64,000 nt of DNA from an uncultured Thermoplasmatales archaeon (GCA_964638175.1 CAZWZY010000004.1:12926-76925); one strand, 5' to 3'. Counted from the stretch's first letter, positions 29,358 through 39,404 are shown. The notes: generated by a model not told the origin, from the letters alone. Program-made: numbers and translations.

Positions 29358-29496
29358 TTAATCTAAGCTATAGAGTATTTTATTATTAAACATATTAAAT
29401 ATTTTTCTATATATAATTTTTACTGCAAACTCTGTAATAAAAGTGTATATTATCTTTTGATTTTCGCCAAACAAGAACAGCAATATTATTTTAAAA

Positions 29497-29567
29497 TAGC
29501 CCCGTCCAGATTCGAACTGGAGTCGCTGGCTCCAAAGGCCAACATGATTGACCGCTACACTACGGGG
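29497..29567 (-). tRNA. tRNA-Gln (anticodon UUG)
   Basis: The minus-strand reading GCCCCGTAGTGTAGCGGTCAATCATGTTGGCCTTTGGAGCCAGCGACTCCAGTTCGAATCTGGACGGGGC(T) has a GC-rich acceptor stem, a GTTCGAATC T-loop and an anticodon loop CTTTGGA (anticodon TTG). Coordinates are within a few nt. Confidence 0.75.
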
Positions 29568-29673
29568 CTATAGGATGTTGATGTACGGTCTGGATTAGAG
29601 TTTTCCTATATAACTTTGCTGTCCTCAAAGCATTTATAAGACTGGCATCATGTCTGACTGTTGAGGTCCGAAT

Positions 29674-30162
29674 ATGGTTGATGATAAATTGCTCGATACC
29701 ATTTCACAGCTCTTGAAGACGCGTAACCTCTCTGTTGCGACCGCAGAGTCATGCACTGGCGGGCTTATTGCACATACCTTGACAAATATCTCAGGAAGTT
29801 CTGATTATTTTGATCGAGGCGTGGTGAGCTACAGCGATAATGCGAAGAGAGAATTATTAGAGGTCCCTCAAGAGCTATTGGACAAATACGGAGCAGTCAG
29901 TAAAGAAGTGGCACAGGCTATGGCCGAGGGCATTCGTGCCCGTTCAAACGCTACAATTGGTCTTTCAGCTACTGGCATTGCAGGGCCAACTGGCGGCACC
30001 AAGAAAAAGCCTGTTGGGTTAGTGTACATTGCGGTAGCAACCAAAGAAAAAACTGAGGTAAAACAATGTCATTTTTCAGGAAATCGTCTGGAAAACAAGG
30101 AAAGTACCTGTGCTGCTGCATTGGAATTGCTCTTACACGTTCTTGGCTCCCATTCACTATAG
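29674..30162 (+). CDS. CinA C-terminal domain protein (NMN amidohydrolase PncC-like)
   Basis: The 162-aa product contains SVATAESCTGGLIAHTLT and GLVYIAV, matching the CinA_C family. Confidence 0.8.
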   Translation: MVDDKLLDTISQLLKTRNLSVATAESCTGGLIAHTLTNISGSSDYFDRGVVSYSDNAKRELLEVPQELLDKYGAVSKEVAQAMAEGIRARSNATIGLSATGIAGPTGGTKKKPVGLVYIAVATKEKTEVKQCHFSGNRLENKESTCAAALELLLHVLGSHSL

Positions 30163-30217
30163 CCCCCCATACTTTCTAAAGATAAAACATTTAAATAGTT
30201 ATGATGTACCGCTACCT

Positions 30218-30979
30218 ATGAGAATTGCGCATATCTCTGATATTCATTGTAACTTTGGTACCGATTTTAACAAAGACATGTACGACAAAGCAGTGAAACA
30301 AGTCAATACATCAGATGCTGATTTGGTATTTATTTCTGGTGATCTGACAACGTGGGGACTGCTTTCCGAATATGAATTTGCCCAAGAACAACTAAAATCA
30401 ATTCTCCCTCGTGTAGCTATTGTTCCTGGCAATCATGATGAGCGCAATTTAGGATACAAATTATTTCCCGAATTTTTTGGTGAAACAGATTTTATTCATA
30501 CCTTTGATAAGCTCAATTTGGTTGGTCTTGCTTCAAGTGAGCCTGATAAAGATGATGGTCGTCTTGGCCGTGGTCGGCACAAACTCATTGAAAAAAGTGT
30601 CAAGAAAAATAAGCATACAATTATCGGCTTTCACCATCATGTGATCCCCATCCCTAATTCAGGAAGGGAAGCAAATATCATTGAGGATGCGGGCGAAACC
30701 TTAGATATTTTATTAAAAAATGAAATACCGCTGGTGTTAATGGGGCATCGACATGTTCCCTTCGCCGTCAAGATCCATAAAACACTTCTTGTTAATGCAG
30801 GAACCTTTTCCTGCACTCGCACTCGAGCACATTTTGGCAATACCTTCAATATCATTGACATTGACCACGACAAAATCGAAGTCACGGTCGTTGATATCGC
30901 AAAAGAAACGCAGAAAAAAATGATAGAATTTGATCTTGCTGGCGGGTGCTGTGAAAATAGATATTATGATACTCAATAA
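30218..30979 (+). CDS. Calcineurin-like metallophosphoesterase
   Basis: The internal Met begins MRIAHISDIHCNFG (the D-x-H-x-n-GD motif). Later motifs are GDLTTWG, GNHDE and GHRH. About 253 aa. Confidence 0.75.
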   Translation: MRIAHISDIHCNFGTDFNKDMYDKAVKQVNTSDADLVFISGDLTTWGLLSEYEFAQEQLKSILPRVAIVPGNHDERNLGYKLFPEFFGETDFIHTFDKLNLVGLASSEPDKDDGRLGRGRHKLIEKSVKKNKHTIIGFHHHVIPIPNSGREANIIEDAGETLDILLKNEIPLVLMGHRHVPFAVKIHKTLLVNAGTFSCTRTRAHFGNTFNIIDIDHDKIEVTVVDIAKETQKKMIEFDLAGGCCENRYYDTQ

Positions 30980-31078
30980 ACTATAGAGATTTTTTATGTT
31001 GAAATTTTCGTAATACTTTTCTATATAGTTTCTATACCACTCTATATTAACTAAATATTTATTACAGGGCGGAGGTCT

Positions 31079-32314
31079 TTGGTGGATCCTATTTGGTTGA
31101 TTATTGGTGGAGCTAGCGCCATTGCCTTTTATATGGCCTGGAGCATCGGCGCAAACGACGTAGCAAACTCTATGTCAACTGCCGTAGGAGCAAAGGCAAT
31201 CACCCATAAACAAGCAGTGGTAATCGCCGGGGTTCTCGTCTTTTTAGGTGCTGTGTTCGTTGGGCCACATGTTGCCCAAACCATAAAATCAGAAATAATA
31301 CATGTTGAGAGCATACCATCAAATCTTCTACTTCTAGGTTTTGTATCTTCTCTACTAGCTGCAGCAATATGGGCTACACTTTCAACATGGAAAGAAATGC
31401 CCATTTCAACTACTCATTCAATAATCGGTGCGCTCATGGGGTTCGGGATAGTTGTAGGCGGCGTAAGCTCGGTGAATTGGTTAAAAATTGGATCTGTCAT
31501 AGCAAGTTGGGTGTTGTCCCCAGTTGTTGGTTGCATCATTGCGTTCTTTGTTTTTAAAATAATTGTACGGCTTATTTTTGCCAAAGAAGAACCAGTTAGC
31601 GCTGCAAAGATTGTGGGTCCAATAATTATTGGATTGACGGGTTTTTTGGTTTCCACTTCATTATTATTTAAAACGTCTATATGTGACCAATATACTATTT
31701 CAGATACCCATGGCATAGTTATTTCAATACTAGTAGCAATAATCATTGGTATCGTCGGCATCATTCTATTAAGAAACGTACAAGCTAAAAAAGAAGAAGA
31801 TTATTTCACGGTAGAGAGTATTTTTAGGAAATTGCAAGTGGGAACTTCGTGTTACGTTGCATTTTCTATTGGTGCCAATGATGTGGCAAATGCCATTGGG
31901 CCTGTTGCGGGAATAATACCTTTAGCAGAAAATGGCGCGCTAAGCTCCGAAGCATCCATACCGTTTGGTCTGCTATTGCTTGGTGGAATCGGTATCGCTT
32001 TTGGTGCATTGACCTGGGGAAGACGTGTGATGAAAACGGTAGGGGAACGAATTACCAGTTTGACCAACACTCGAGGCTTTTCAGTAGATTTTGGCGCAGC
32101 AACAACGGTGTTAGTTGCATCACGGCTCGGTATGCCCATCTCTACATCACACACTGTTGTTGGTGCAGTTATTGGCGTGGGTCTTGCACGAGGCCTGGAG
32201 GCAGTTGATTTACGTGTGATTAAAAAAATAGTTGTATCTTGGTTGTTGACTCTGCCGATAGCGGCAGGTACTTCAATAGGAATATTCTTAGTCTTAAGAA
32301 CAATATTTGTATGA
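31079..32314 (+). CDS. pit: Inorganic phosphate transporter, PiT family
   Basis: The 411-aa product has two GANDVANS/A PiT signature motifs (residues about 24 and about 264) and roughly 10-12 TM helices. An alternative GTG start at 31082 has GGAGGT 5 nt upstream. Confidence 0.85.
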   Translation: MVDPIWLIIGGASAIAFYMAWSIGANDVANSMSTAVGAKAITHKQAVVIAGVLVFLGAVFVGPHVAQTIKSEIIHVESIPSNLLLLGFVSSLLAAAIWATLSTWKEMPISTTHSIIGALMGFGIVVGGVSSVNWLKIGSVIASWVLSPVVGCIIAFFVFKIIVRLIFAKEEPVSAAKIVGPIIIGLTGFLVSTSLLFKTSICDQYTISDTHGIVISILVAIIIGIVGIILLRNVQAKKEEDYFTVESIFRKLQVGTSCYVAFSIGANDVANAIGPVAGIIPLAENGALSSEASIPFGLLLLGGIGIAFGALTWGRRVMKTVGERITSLTNTRGFSVDFGAATTVLVASRLGMPISTSHTVVGAVIGVGLARGLEAVDLRVIKKIVVSWLLTLPIAAGTSIGIFLVLRTIFV

Positions 32315-32327
32315 GGTGGGTGAAAAA

Positions 32328-33026
32328 ATGACTGAAGAAGAGAATCACTTTCGAGCACCTTTAACTGACACCTTTAGAAGAAAATCTCCTTTTTCTCAGC
32401 TATTGGACCATATGTGTAAAGTTGAAGAGGGAATCTCGCTATTGGGCGAAGGGTTAATAAAATACTATAAAGGAGAATATGGCGGGTTTTCTGAACTAGC
32501 AAAAAAAGTTTCAAAAATTGAACACGAGGCAGATTTAATAAAAAGCAGCATACGAAGTCATTTGCCCTCTTCCCTGTTGATGCCTGTTGACAAAGGTAGG
32601 TTTTTGTGGACGCTTCGAGAACAAGATGCAATTCTCGATCATGCAGAAAATCTCTCTGAAATGCTTGATATGCGACATACAAAAATTCCAAAAGAACTCC
32701 AACAGCTTTTTATTGATCATACAAAACAAGTAATGAAAACCGTTTGTACAATGGAAGTTGCTGTTCAAAACATTAGAGATCTAGTTGAAACTGGTTTTGT
32801 TAAACGCGAACGAGAACAAACTAAACAATACATTAAAGATGTTCATGATTGTGAATGGAAAGCAGATCAATTAAGATACCAGATGACAAGAGGAATCTAT
32901 AAACTTGAAAAAAAACTGAGTTCAATGGACATGTATCATTTACTAAAGATAACTGACTGGGTTGATGAAATCGCTGATCATGCAGAAAATGTTGCTGATT
33001 GGTTACGGTCAATGATTGCCAAGTAG
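32328..33026 (+). CDS. Pit-accessory protein, DUF47 (PhoU-like helical-bundle regulator family)
   Basis: The product begins at the internal Met (MTEEENHF...). It is about 230 aa and helical, with a PhoU-like repeat character, and lies immediately downstream of pit in the conserved pit-DUF47 pairing. Confidence 0.65.
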   Translation: MTEEENHFRAPLTDTFRRKSPFSQLLDHMCKVEEGISLLGEGLIKYYKGEYGGFSELAKKVSKIEHEADLIKSSIRSHLPSSLLMPVDKGRFLWTLREQDAILDHAENLSEMLDMRHTKIPKELQQLFIDHTKQVMKTVCTMEVAVQNIRDLVETGFVKREREQTKQYIKDVHDCEWKADQLRYQMTRGIYKLEKKLSSMDMYHLLKITDWVDEIADHAENVADWLRSMIAK

Positions 33027-33028
33027 GC

Positions 33029-34036
33029 TTAGTTATTTTGCCCCACCAGATAGTTGATGACGGTTTCTGAGATATCTTCTGCGTATTCACCAATTCTTCT
33101 GATACTTTCGACGATATAACCAATTGAAAGGGCGATGTCTCCTTCTTGTTTTAAGGCAGTCTGATTGATTTTTTCACATTTTCTTTCTAGTGCTGCTACA
33201 CTATCGATATTTTGATTTGCGGCAACAATATCTTTTCTAAAAAACGACATTATACTTTTATTGAAAATATCTGCAGAGAGTGTACTTGCTTTCGTTAATT
33301 CTTCAATCATTCTTCTATCGATTTCTTTGTTGAGCATGTGAGTGGCTGTTGTTGCAATTCGTATGACGTGATCTCCAATACGCTCGATAATTCTGCTGAT
33401 AAGAAATGACGTGGTTGCGACTTCGGTAGTTGTTCCCATTTTTTCTGCAAAACTGACGTTTTGGAGAATGATGTTGTTTTGACGGGCAATCAACCAGTGT
33501 AACCGATCGACTTCGTTATCTCGATTCATTACGTCTTCTGCCAATTGTTTATCGCTCGTTTTCATCGCAGTCATGATATCCTCTTGCATACCTTTTACGA
33601 TGATATACATCCGTTTAATGGTTCTATCAAAAGGCATCTCTGAAGGATTGAGTAAATCTTTGATTACGATGTGAGAATCAGTCTCTTCGACGACTTCTTG
33701 GCCAATGGTCATCTGAGTAAAGTTACGAACGGTCAGTCTTGCTGCTGAAGGCAATCGGGCAGATGATTTCAACGTGATAGCATTAAACCCTGAGATATAG
33801 GCACCGATTAACCTTCTCAATAGATAGGTTTGGTTGGTAATTTTGTCAGTGTCAAATTCTTTCATTCTTTGGATGCTTTTTCGTTCCATCTTTGAGGTAA
33901 TAAGTAATGTACCATCAGATTGAACAAGCAAACCGACAGGATCATTTTTTTGTATATTAAGTGATCTAATCCAATCTTTTGGTAGGGTAATGATGTATGA
34001 TGACCCTCCAGTCATTTGCACACGTCTAATTTCCAT
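33029..34036 (-). CDS. Phosphate uptake regulator: N-terminal AbrB/SpoVT DNA-binding domain fused to tandem PhoU domains
   Basis: The product starts with MEIRRVQMTGGSSYIITLPKDWIRSLN (a SpoVT/AbrB swapped-hairpin motif). Two PhoU repeats follow, with D..E/ExxxD helices. Length is 335 aa. Confidence 0.8.
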   Translation of the reverse strand: MEIRRVQMTGGSSYIITLPKDWIRSLNIQKNDPVGLLVQSDGTLLITSKMERKSIQRMKEFDTDKITNQTYLLRRLIGAYISGFNAITLKSSARLPSAARLTVRNFTQMTIGQEVVEETDSHIVIKDLLNPSEMPFDRTIKRMYIIVKGMQEDIMTAMKTSDKQLAEDVMNRDNEVDRLHWLIARQNNIILQNVSFAEKMGTTTEVATTSFLISRIIERIGDHVIRIATTATHMLNKEIDRRMIEELTKASTLSADIFNKSIMSFFRKDIVAANQNIDSVAALERKCEKINQTALKQEGDIALSIGYIVESIRRIGEYAEDISETVINYLVGQNN

Positions 34037-34194
34037 ATTGCTCCTTCCAATAGTATAGATAGAATGATATCATATATTAATAACTTTTTATATATAACTA
34101 TATAGAATCATTTACCTAATATAGTAATCTATAGTATATGTAGAGAAAGTATATAATATGATATGAATTTGATGGGTTAAAAGGTGAAACTCCT
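34037..34194. promoter_or_regulatory. TATA-rich divergent control region between the AbrB-PhoU regulator gene and pstS
   Basis: 158 nt of nearly pure AT sequence with reiterated TATAG(T/A)A words (atagtatagatagaat, ctatatagaatcat, aatatagtaatctatagtatatgtag, agtatataatatgatatga). The genes on either side diverge from it. Confidence 0.4.
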
Positions 34195-35103
34195 ATGGGA
34201 GAGGACACACATAAAAAATTTAATAAAATGATGCTAGTAACGATCGCATGTATAGCACTACTTGGAACGATATTTAGTGGCTGCGTGCAGACGACGGAAA
34301 ACGGTGGTGGAGGAACAGCCACAGTAACAATTAAAGGATCTTCAACTGTGCTGCCTATTGCGGAGATTTGTGCAGAAGAATTCATGAAACTTTATGATAA
34401 TATCACCGTCACCGTAGCTGGTGGCGGCTCTTCAGTTGGAATCAAAGGAGTTGCCAATGGGGAATGTGACATTGGTGATGCCTCAAGAGGAGCAAAGGCA
34501 AGCGATGTTGAAGATATTGCCGGTGTTGAGTTCGACGACTTAGTCGATCATGTTATTGCCTATGATGGTATTGCTATTGTAGTTAGCCCAAATATCTATG
34601 AAACTGTAACTAGTTTGACCATGGAACAAGTTTACCTCATCTATACGGGCAATATATCCAACTGGAATCAAGTGGGCGGTCCAGATCTAGAGATTTATGT
34701 TAACGACCGTGCATCTACGAGTGGTACACGTGCATCTTTCTTTGAATTAGTTAAAAACAGTACTGGCTATGCACTTGAAAATTTCGAAGAAGATGGCGGC
34801 ACAGTTGTCTACGATGTCCAACATCAAGAAAACGCCAACGTAGTAACTGCGATATCTTTGAGTGAGAAAGCAATCGGCTATGTTGGTCTAGGATATGTGG
34901 ATGAAGAAACGTGTCCTGCAGTTGCCCTCAATGATGTCGTTCCATCAGTTGACACGGTTGTTGATGGTACCTATCCAATATCTCGAAGCCTCCATATGTA
35001 TACGCTTGGTGAGGCAACGGGTGCGGTTGCCATGTTCATTGACTATGTCATGAGTACGGCAGGACAGGAAATCGTAGAGGAAGAAGGATTCATCCCTCTC
35101 TAA
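34195..35103 (+). CDS. pstS: Phosphate ABC transporter substrate-binding protein PstS (probable lipobox-anchored)
   Basis: The product has an N-terminal signal with a GC(V) lipobox-like LLGTIFSGC segment, then TVTIKGSSTV and GGGSSVGI motifs, matching the PBP2 PstS family. Confidence 0.8.
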   Translation: MGEDTHKKFNKMMLVTIACIALLGTIFSGCVQTTENGGGGTATVTIKGSSTVLPIAEICAEEFMKLYDNITVTVAGGGSSVGIKGVANGECDIGDASRGAKASDVEDIAGVEFDDLVDHVIAYDGIAIVVSPNIYETVTSLTMEQVYLIYTGNISNWNQVGGPDLEIYVNDRASTSGTRASFFELVKNSTGYALENFEEDGGTVVYDVQHQENANVVTAISLSEKAIGYVGLGYVDEETCPAVALNDVVPSVDTVVDGTYPISRSLHMYTLGEATGAVAMFIDYVMSTAGQEIVEEEGFIPL

Positions 35104-35126
35104 TAAAAACAGAAACCGTGACCTGA

Positions 35127-36008
35127 ATGCATCTACAGTCTAGGATAAAGGAGACAATCATCAAAAATATATTCTTTATCCTGGCAGCTCTTTCTATTTT
35201 TGTTATCTCTTTTATCTTTTACTTTTTGTTTTTGAAGGCATATCCTTCCTTCGAGCTCTATGGTTTTGATATTTTTGGTACAGAATGGAGTGTCCCTCGA
35301 GAAGTCTATAAAATTGGCGCAGCGCTTTTTGGAACGGCCATTGTGACCATTGGTGCCATGATCATCGCCGTTCCTCTTGGTCTTGCTGGGGCCATCTTTC
35401 TGGCAGAACTTGCACCACATCATGTTCGAACTCTGTTAAAACCAATCATTGAACTGTTGGCAGGCATCCCATCTATTGTGTATGGTTTTTTAGGGGCGAC
35501 ATTGCTTGTCGGTTATCTTGGTCCAACATTTGATATGCTATCAGGCACCTCGTTTTTAGCAGGATCACTTATCCTTGGTATTATGGCCCTCCCCATCATC
35601 GTTAGCATTTCTGACGATGCCTTAAAATCTGTACCGCTAAGTCTTAAAGAAGCATCGTTGGCGGTGGGTGCCACAAAATGGGAAACCATTAAGAAGGTTA
35701 CCTTCCCCACCGCGATATCTGGTATCTCAGCAGCGGTAATCCTTGGTATGGGACGGGCGATTGGTGAAACCATGGCGGTTTCACTGGTGGTCGGTAATGT
35801 CATGCGTATCCCCATACCACCCTTTGATATCTTTGATCGTGGGGCAACGCTGACATCAATTATTGCCCTTGAAATGGGGGAAGCAACGGGCATTCAAACG
35901 AACTCATTATTTGCGTGCGGCGTTATTCTCTTTCTTATTGTCGGCATTATGAGCGTCATATCAAACATCCTTAAAGAACGGGTGGAAAGGAAGTTCAAGG
36001 GAGGCTAA
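35127..36008 (+). CDS. pstC: Phosphate ABC transporter permease PstC
   Basis: The 293-aa product has 6 TM helices and the EAA-like loop LKEASLAVGATKWETIKKVTFP. Confidence 0.85.
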   Translation: MHLQSRIKETIIKNIFFILAALSIFVISFIFYFLFLKAYPSFELYGFDIFGTEWSVPREVYKIGAALFGTAIVTIGAMIIAVPLGLAGAIFLAELAPHHVRTLLKPIIELLAGIPSIVYGFLGATLLVGYLGPTFDMLSGTSFLAGSLILGIMALPIIVSISDDALKSVPLSLKEASLAVGATKWETIKKVTFPTAISGISAAVILGMGRAIGETMAVSLVVGNVMRIPIPPFDIFDRGATLTSIIALEMGEATGIQTNSLFACGVILFLIVGIMSVISNILKERVERKFKGG

Positions 36009-36009
36009 T

Positions 36010-37293
36010 ATGAAAATACGAGATCTCTTGAATCATGGCAAACAATATGTTTCACTCTTTGCTGATAAGGACAATCATACCTTTAAGAATATTGCCTGTA
36101 GTATTGCCCTCATTTTTTCAATTATTGTTGTAGGTATTGGTTTTTCATCAGCGATTTTTTCGTATTATATTGGAGACACAAATCTAAGAATATTGCTTAT
36201 TATCCTTGGCACATTGATGTTGATTCTTACCTTTTATTCATTCCATTACTTGAAACAACGCAAAAAAATGATAGGACTGACCATTTTCACTATCCTCCTC
36301 CTTCTCTTTGCTTATTATCTTCCTTTATTCCCCCCGGCCTTTGAATTACGACAATTTGATATCGACGCATCTATTTTGAAATTCTTGTTCGTTTCAATAG
36401 CTCTCGTCATTATTGGCATTCTTGGCGCTTCGTATGCGATAAAACCTCTCTATAATTTTACCAGCCGATCAAGCCAGTATGCTGCATATCTTGTGTTGAC
36501 CTTTTCAATTATTATGATTATTTATCCATTGGCAATCATTGTTGGCAATATTTTTGCTAATGGTCTCGAAGGCATCACCTGGGAGTTTCTCACCCAAGAT
36601 GTTTCCCGCCATGGTACTCAAGGAGGCGTCTATGCTGCTCTCGTTGGCACCGTGTTTCTGATCATTGGAACGGCAATTATTGTACTCCCTCTTGGTATAG
36701 GAAGTGCCATTTATCTTACGGAATATGCGAAAGGGGGGCCTATTGTTCGTGTTATTCGTATTGCCGTCGATATTCTACAAGGAGTCCCCTCTATTGTCCA
36801 CGGTCTCTTTGGTCTAGCAGTTTTTGTTCCTCTTTTTGGTATTTCGCTGTTGACTGGCGTTTTGATTCTTTCATTTCTTACGCTACCAATTATCATCAGA
36901 ACTAGCGAAGAAGCAATTCGTGCCGTTCCCCAAAGTATACGGGAAGGCTCGTATGCGGTCGGTGCAACAAAATGGCAAACGATTCGACGAATTGTACTTC
37001 CACCAGCACTCCCTGGTATTATTACTGGTGGAGTACTTGGGTTAGGTCGAGCTGCAGGTGAGACTGCCCCCATCATGTTTACTGCCGTTTACTTTATGGG
37101 TGCGGGTGTTCCCAAAAATATTTTTGCACCCATTCAAGCATTACCAACTCATTTGTTACAATTAACCTATTATATGGGAGCATATCCTGTTGAGATTAAT
37201 GCATGGGCAACGGCCTTTTTGCTGATTGCCATTGTCTTAGGTATGAATGCCGTATCCATTGTTATTCGGGAGCGATTTAGAGTAGAATTTTAG
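36010..37293 (+). CDS. pstA: Phosphate ABC transporter permease PstA (with extended N-terminal TM region)
   Basis: The 427-aa product has an EAA loop [22 protein letters not shown] and about 8-10 TM helices. It starts 2 nt after pstC. Confidence 0.85.
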   Translation: MKIRDLLNHGKQYVSLFADKDNHTFKNIACSIALIFSIIVVGIGFSSAIFSYYIGDTNLRILLIILGTLMLILTFYSFHYLKQRKKMIGLTIFTILLLLFAYYLPLFPPAFELRQFDIDASILKFLFVSIALVIIGILGASYAIKPLYNFTSRSSQYAAYLVLTFSIIMIIYPLAIIVGNIFANGLEGITWEFLTQDVSRHGTQGGVYAALVGTVFLIIGTAIIVLPLGIGSAIYLTEYAKGGPIVRVIRIAVDILQGVPSIVHGLFGLAVFVPLFGISLLTGVLILSFLTLPIIIRTSEEAIRAVPQSIREGSYAVGATKWQTIRRIVLPPALPGIITGGVLGLGRAAGETAPIMFTAVYFMGAGVPKNIFAPIQALPTHLLQLTYYMGAYPVEINAWATAFLLIAIVLGMNAVSIVIRERFRVEF

Positions 37294-37301
37294 GTGATCG
37301 T

Positions 37302-38057
37302 ATGAAAACAAAGATGAATATTGAAAACTTGAATCTCTGGTATGATAAAAACCAAGCATTAATCGATGTCTCTATGCCAGTCTATGAAAAGAAGGTAACC
37401 GCCATTATTGGCCCTTCTGGCTGCGGAAAATCAACACTTATCCGTTGTTTGAACAGAATGAATGACATTATCGATAAGTGTAGAGTAGAAGGAAAAATTT
37501 TGCTTGATGGCAAAGATATCTATAATAAAAAAACTGATGTGGTCGAAGTTCGAAAAAAGGTTGGTATGGTCTTTCAGAAACCAAACCCCTTCCCAAAATC
37601 TAATTACGAAAACATTGCCTATGGCTGTCGGATAGCAGGCACTCGCAATAAAAAAAAGCTTGACGAAATCGTTGAAAATAGTTTAAAAGGCGCGTTTCTC
37701 TGGGAGGAAGTCAAGGATCGATTGCAAGATTCAGCCATGGGTCTTTCAGGAGGACAGCAACAACGATTGTGTATTGCCCGTGCACTTGCTATCAATCCTG
37801 ATGTCATTCTCATGGATGAACCGTGCTCAGCACTAGATCCCATTGCCACGGCAAAGATAGAAGATCTCATCCGCATTCTTATAAAGAAGTATACGGTTGT
37901 GATTGTCACCCATAATATGCAACAAGCAGCACGAGTCAGCGATTATACCGCGTATATGTATTTAGGAAAACTGATTGAATTTGGGGAAACAACCCAAATC
38001 TTTGAAAATCCAAGAGAGGAAAGTACAGAAAACTATATTACTGGACGGTTTGGATAG
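37302..38057 (+). CDS. pstB: Phosphate ABC transporter ATP-binding protein PstB
   Basis: The product has Walker [10 protein letters not shown], the signature LSGGQQQRL, Walker B ILMDEP and the PstB-specific C-terminus. Confidence 0.9.
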   Translation: MKTKMNIENLNLWYDKNQALIDVSMPVYEKKVTAIIGPSGCGKSTLIRCLNRMNDIIDKCRVEGKILLDGKDIYNKKTDVVEVRKKVGMVFQKPNPFPKSNYENIAYGCRIAGTRNKKKLDEIVENSLKGAFLWEEVKDRLQDSAMGLSGGQQQRLCIARALAINPDVILMDEPCSALDPIATAKIEDLIRILIKKYTVVIVTHNMQQAARVSDYTAYMYLGKLIEFGETTQIFENPREESTENYITGRFG

Positions 38058-38765
38058 GTGAATGCAATGGTTGAGAAATTTCATAAAGAGTTAAAAAGCG
38101 TAAAAAAAGACGTAATGAAGATGGGAACATTGGCAACAGATATGCTTCAACAGTCCGTCGAGGCCCTCAAAGATATCGATGTCAAGAAAGCACAAGCAGT
38201 GGTCTCACAAAAGACAAAGCTTGCAGACATGGATGATCAGATCGAAGAGGAAACGTTACGGTTAATTACTCTCTATCAGCCCATGGCAAAAGATATGAGA
38301 GAAATTGCCTGTATTTTAAAGATGATTACCTATCTCACGAGAATTGGACGATATGGCAAAGATATTGCTAATCTGGTGAGTGAGTTTGAAAACAAAAAGC
38401 ATGCGAAGAAACTCATTAGTCTTTCCTATATGGCAAAAACAGCTACTACGATGATTGATGATGCCTTGTATGCGTTTGATACCGAAGATATTTCCAAGTT
38501 TAACGATTTTATCGATCGTGAAGAAACCGTTGACGAGCTTCGGTACTCCATTTTTAGAGAATGTTTGAGCTATATGATAGAAGATCCCAAAGTGATAACC
38601 CGCTGTACCTACTACATCATGATTGCTCGCTATCTTGAGCGTTGTGCTGACCATGCCTGTAAAATGGCAGAAAAAATTGTCTATATGACTACGGGCGACC
38701 GAGTAGAGATTGATTGCCGCGATAAAACAGGAAAGACGTGTTTTACCGGTGTGAAACCCACATGA
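38058..38765 (+). CDS. phoU: Phosphate signaling complex protein PhoU
   Basis: The 235-aa product has two PhoU repeats. It follows pstB with a 0-nt gap. A GTG start at 38058 or an ATG at 38067 are both possible. Confidence 0.85.
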   Translation: MNAMVEKFHKELKSVKKDVMKMGTLATDMLQQSVEALKDIDVKKAQAVVSQKTKLADMDDQIEEETLRLITLYQPMAKDMREIACILKMITYLTRIGRYGKDIANLVSEFENKKHAKKLISLSYMAKTATTMIDDALYAFDTEDISKFNDFIDREETVDELRYSIFRECLSYMIEDPKVITRCTYYIMIARYLERCADHACKMAEKIVYMTTGDRVEIDCRDKTGKTCFTGVKPT

Positions 38766-39169
38766 CGAAGAAAACGGTGCTTTTTCTGTGCACCCATAAT
38801 TCTTGCCGCTCTCAGATGGCAGAAGGATTGTTGAACACGTTGTACGGTGATACCTATCAAGCGTTTAGTGCAGGTATTGAAAAAACAAGTGTAAATCCCT
38901 ACGCCGTTGAAGTTATGAAAGAGATCGGTATCGATTTGTCGAAACACTATTCTAAGTCAATTGAAGAGTATAAGGACATGAAATTTGATGTCGTGGTAAC
39001 AGTATGTGACCATGCAAAGGAGACGTGTCCCTTTTTCCCGGGCAAACAGATACTGCACAAAAACTTTCGCGACCCATCAACATTCGAAGGAAGTATCGAA
39101 GAGACACTTGTTGGGTTTCGTAAGGTTCGTGATGATATGGCCCAATGGGTTAGAGAGATGTTTGAATAA
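38762..39169 (+). CDS. Low-molecular-weight phosphotyrosine phosphatase / ArsC-type arsenate reductase family protein
   Basis: The internal Met begins MTKKTVLFLCTHNSCRSQMAEG, which carries the CX5R P-loop CTHNSCRS. A later DP motif sits in ...FRDPSTFEG. The ATG overlaps the phoU stop (ATGA). Confidence 0.8.
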   Translation: MTKKTVLFLCTHNSCRSQMAEGLLNTLYGDTYQAFSAGIEKTSVNPYAVEVMKEIGIDLSKHYSKSIEEYKDMKFDVVVTVCDHAKETCPFFPGKQILHKNFRDPSTFEGSIEETLVGFRKVRDDMAQWVREMFE

Positions 39170-39273
39170 CGATAGAAGTTCATACGAAAAATATACAATG
39201 CCACCAACAAAGGCAAACAAACACTCGAACAGTTAAAACGATTTATTGCAGAATTGTCAGAGGAGGTTATGTG

Positions 39274-39384
39274 ATGTCGTATATCTCAATTGTTGGTGGA
39301 GGCATTATTACGGCGTTGTGTGCCTCGTTTCTCTCAAGAAAACGATTGTTTACTGAAGCTGAACAACTTGCTGGTTGGGTATAG
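39274..39384 (+). CDS. Small hydrophobic ORF (36 aa; hypothetical)
   Basis: The ATG lies 7 nt downstream of a perfect AGGAGGT. The product reads MSYISIVGGGIITALCASFLSRKRLFTEAEQLAGWV, one TM-like helix with a Gly-zipper. The ORF is absent from the ORF track because of its size. Confidence 0.25.
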   Translation: MSYISIVGGGIITALCASFLSRKRLFTEAEQLAGWV

Positions 39385-39404
39385 TATATATTGAACATTA
39401 TCAA

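Noticed and set aside
31129-32358. Multiple antisense ORFs of 60-170 aa inside pit, some rich in Pro/Thr/Ala
   Set aside because: They lie entirely within the pit coding region on the opposite strand. The PiT motifs on the sense strand are unambiguous.
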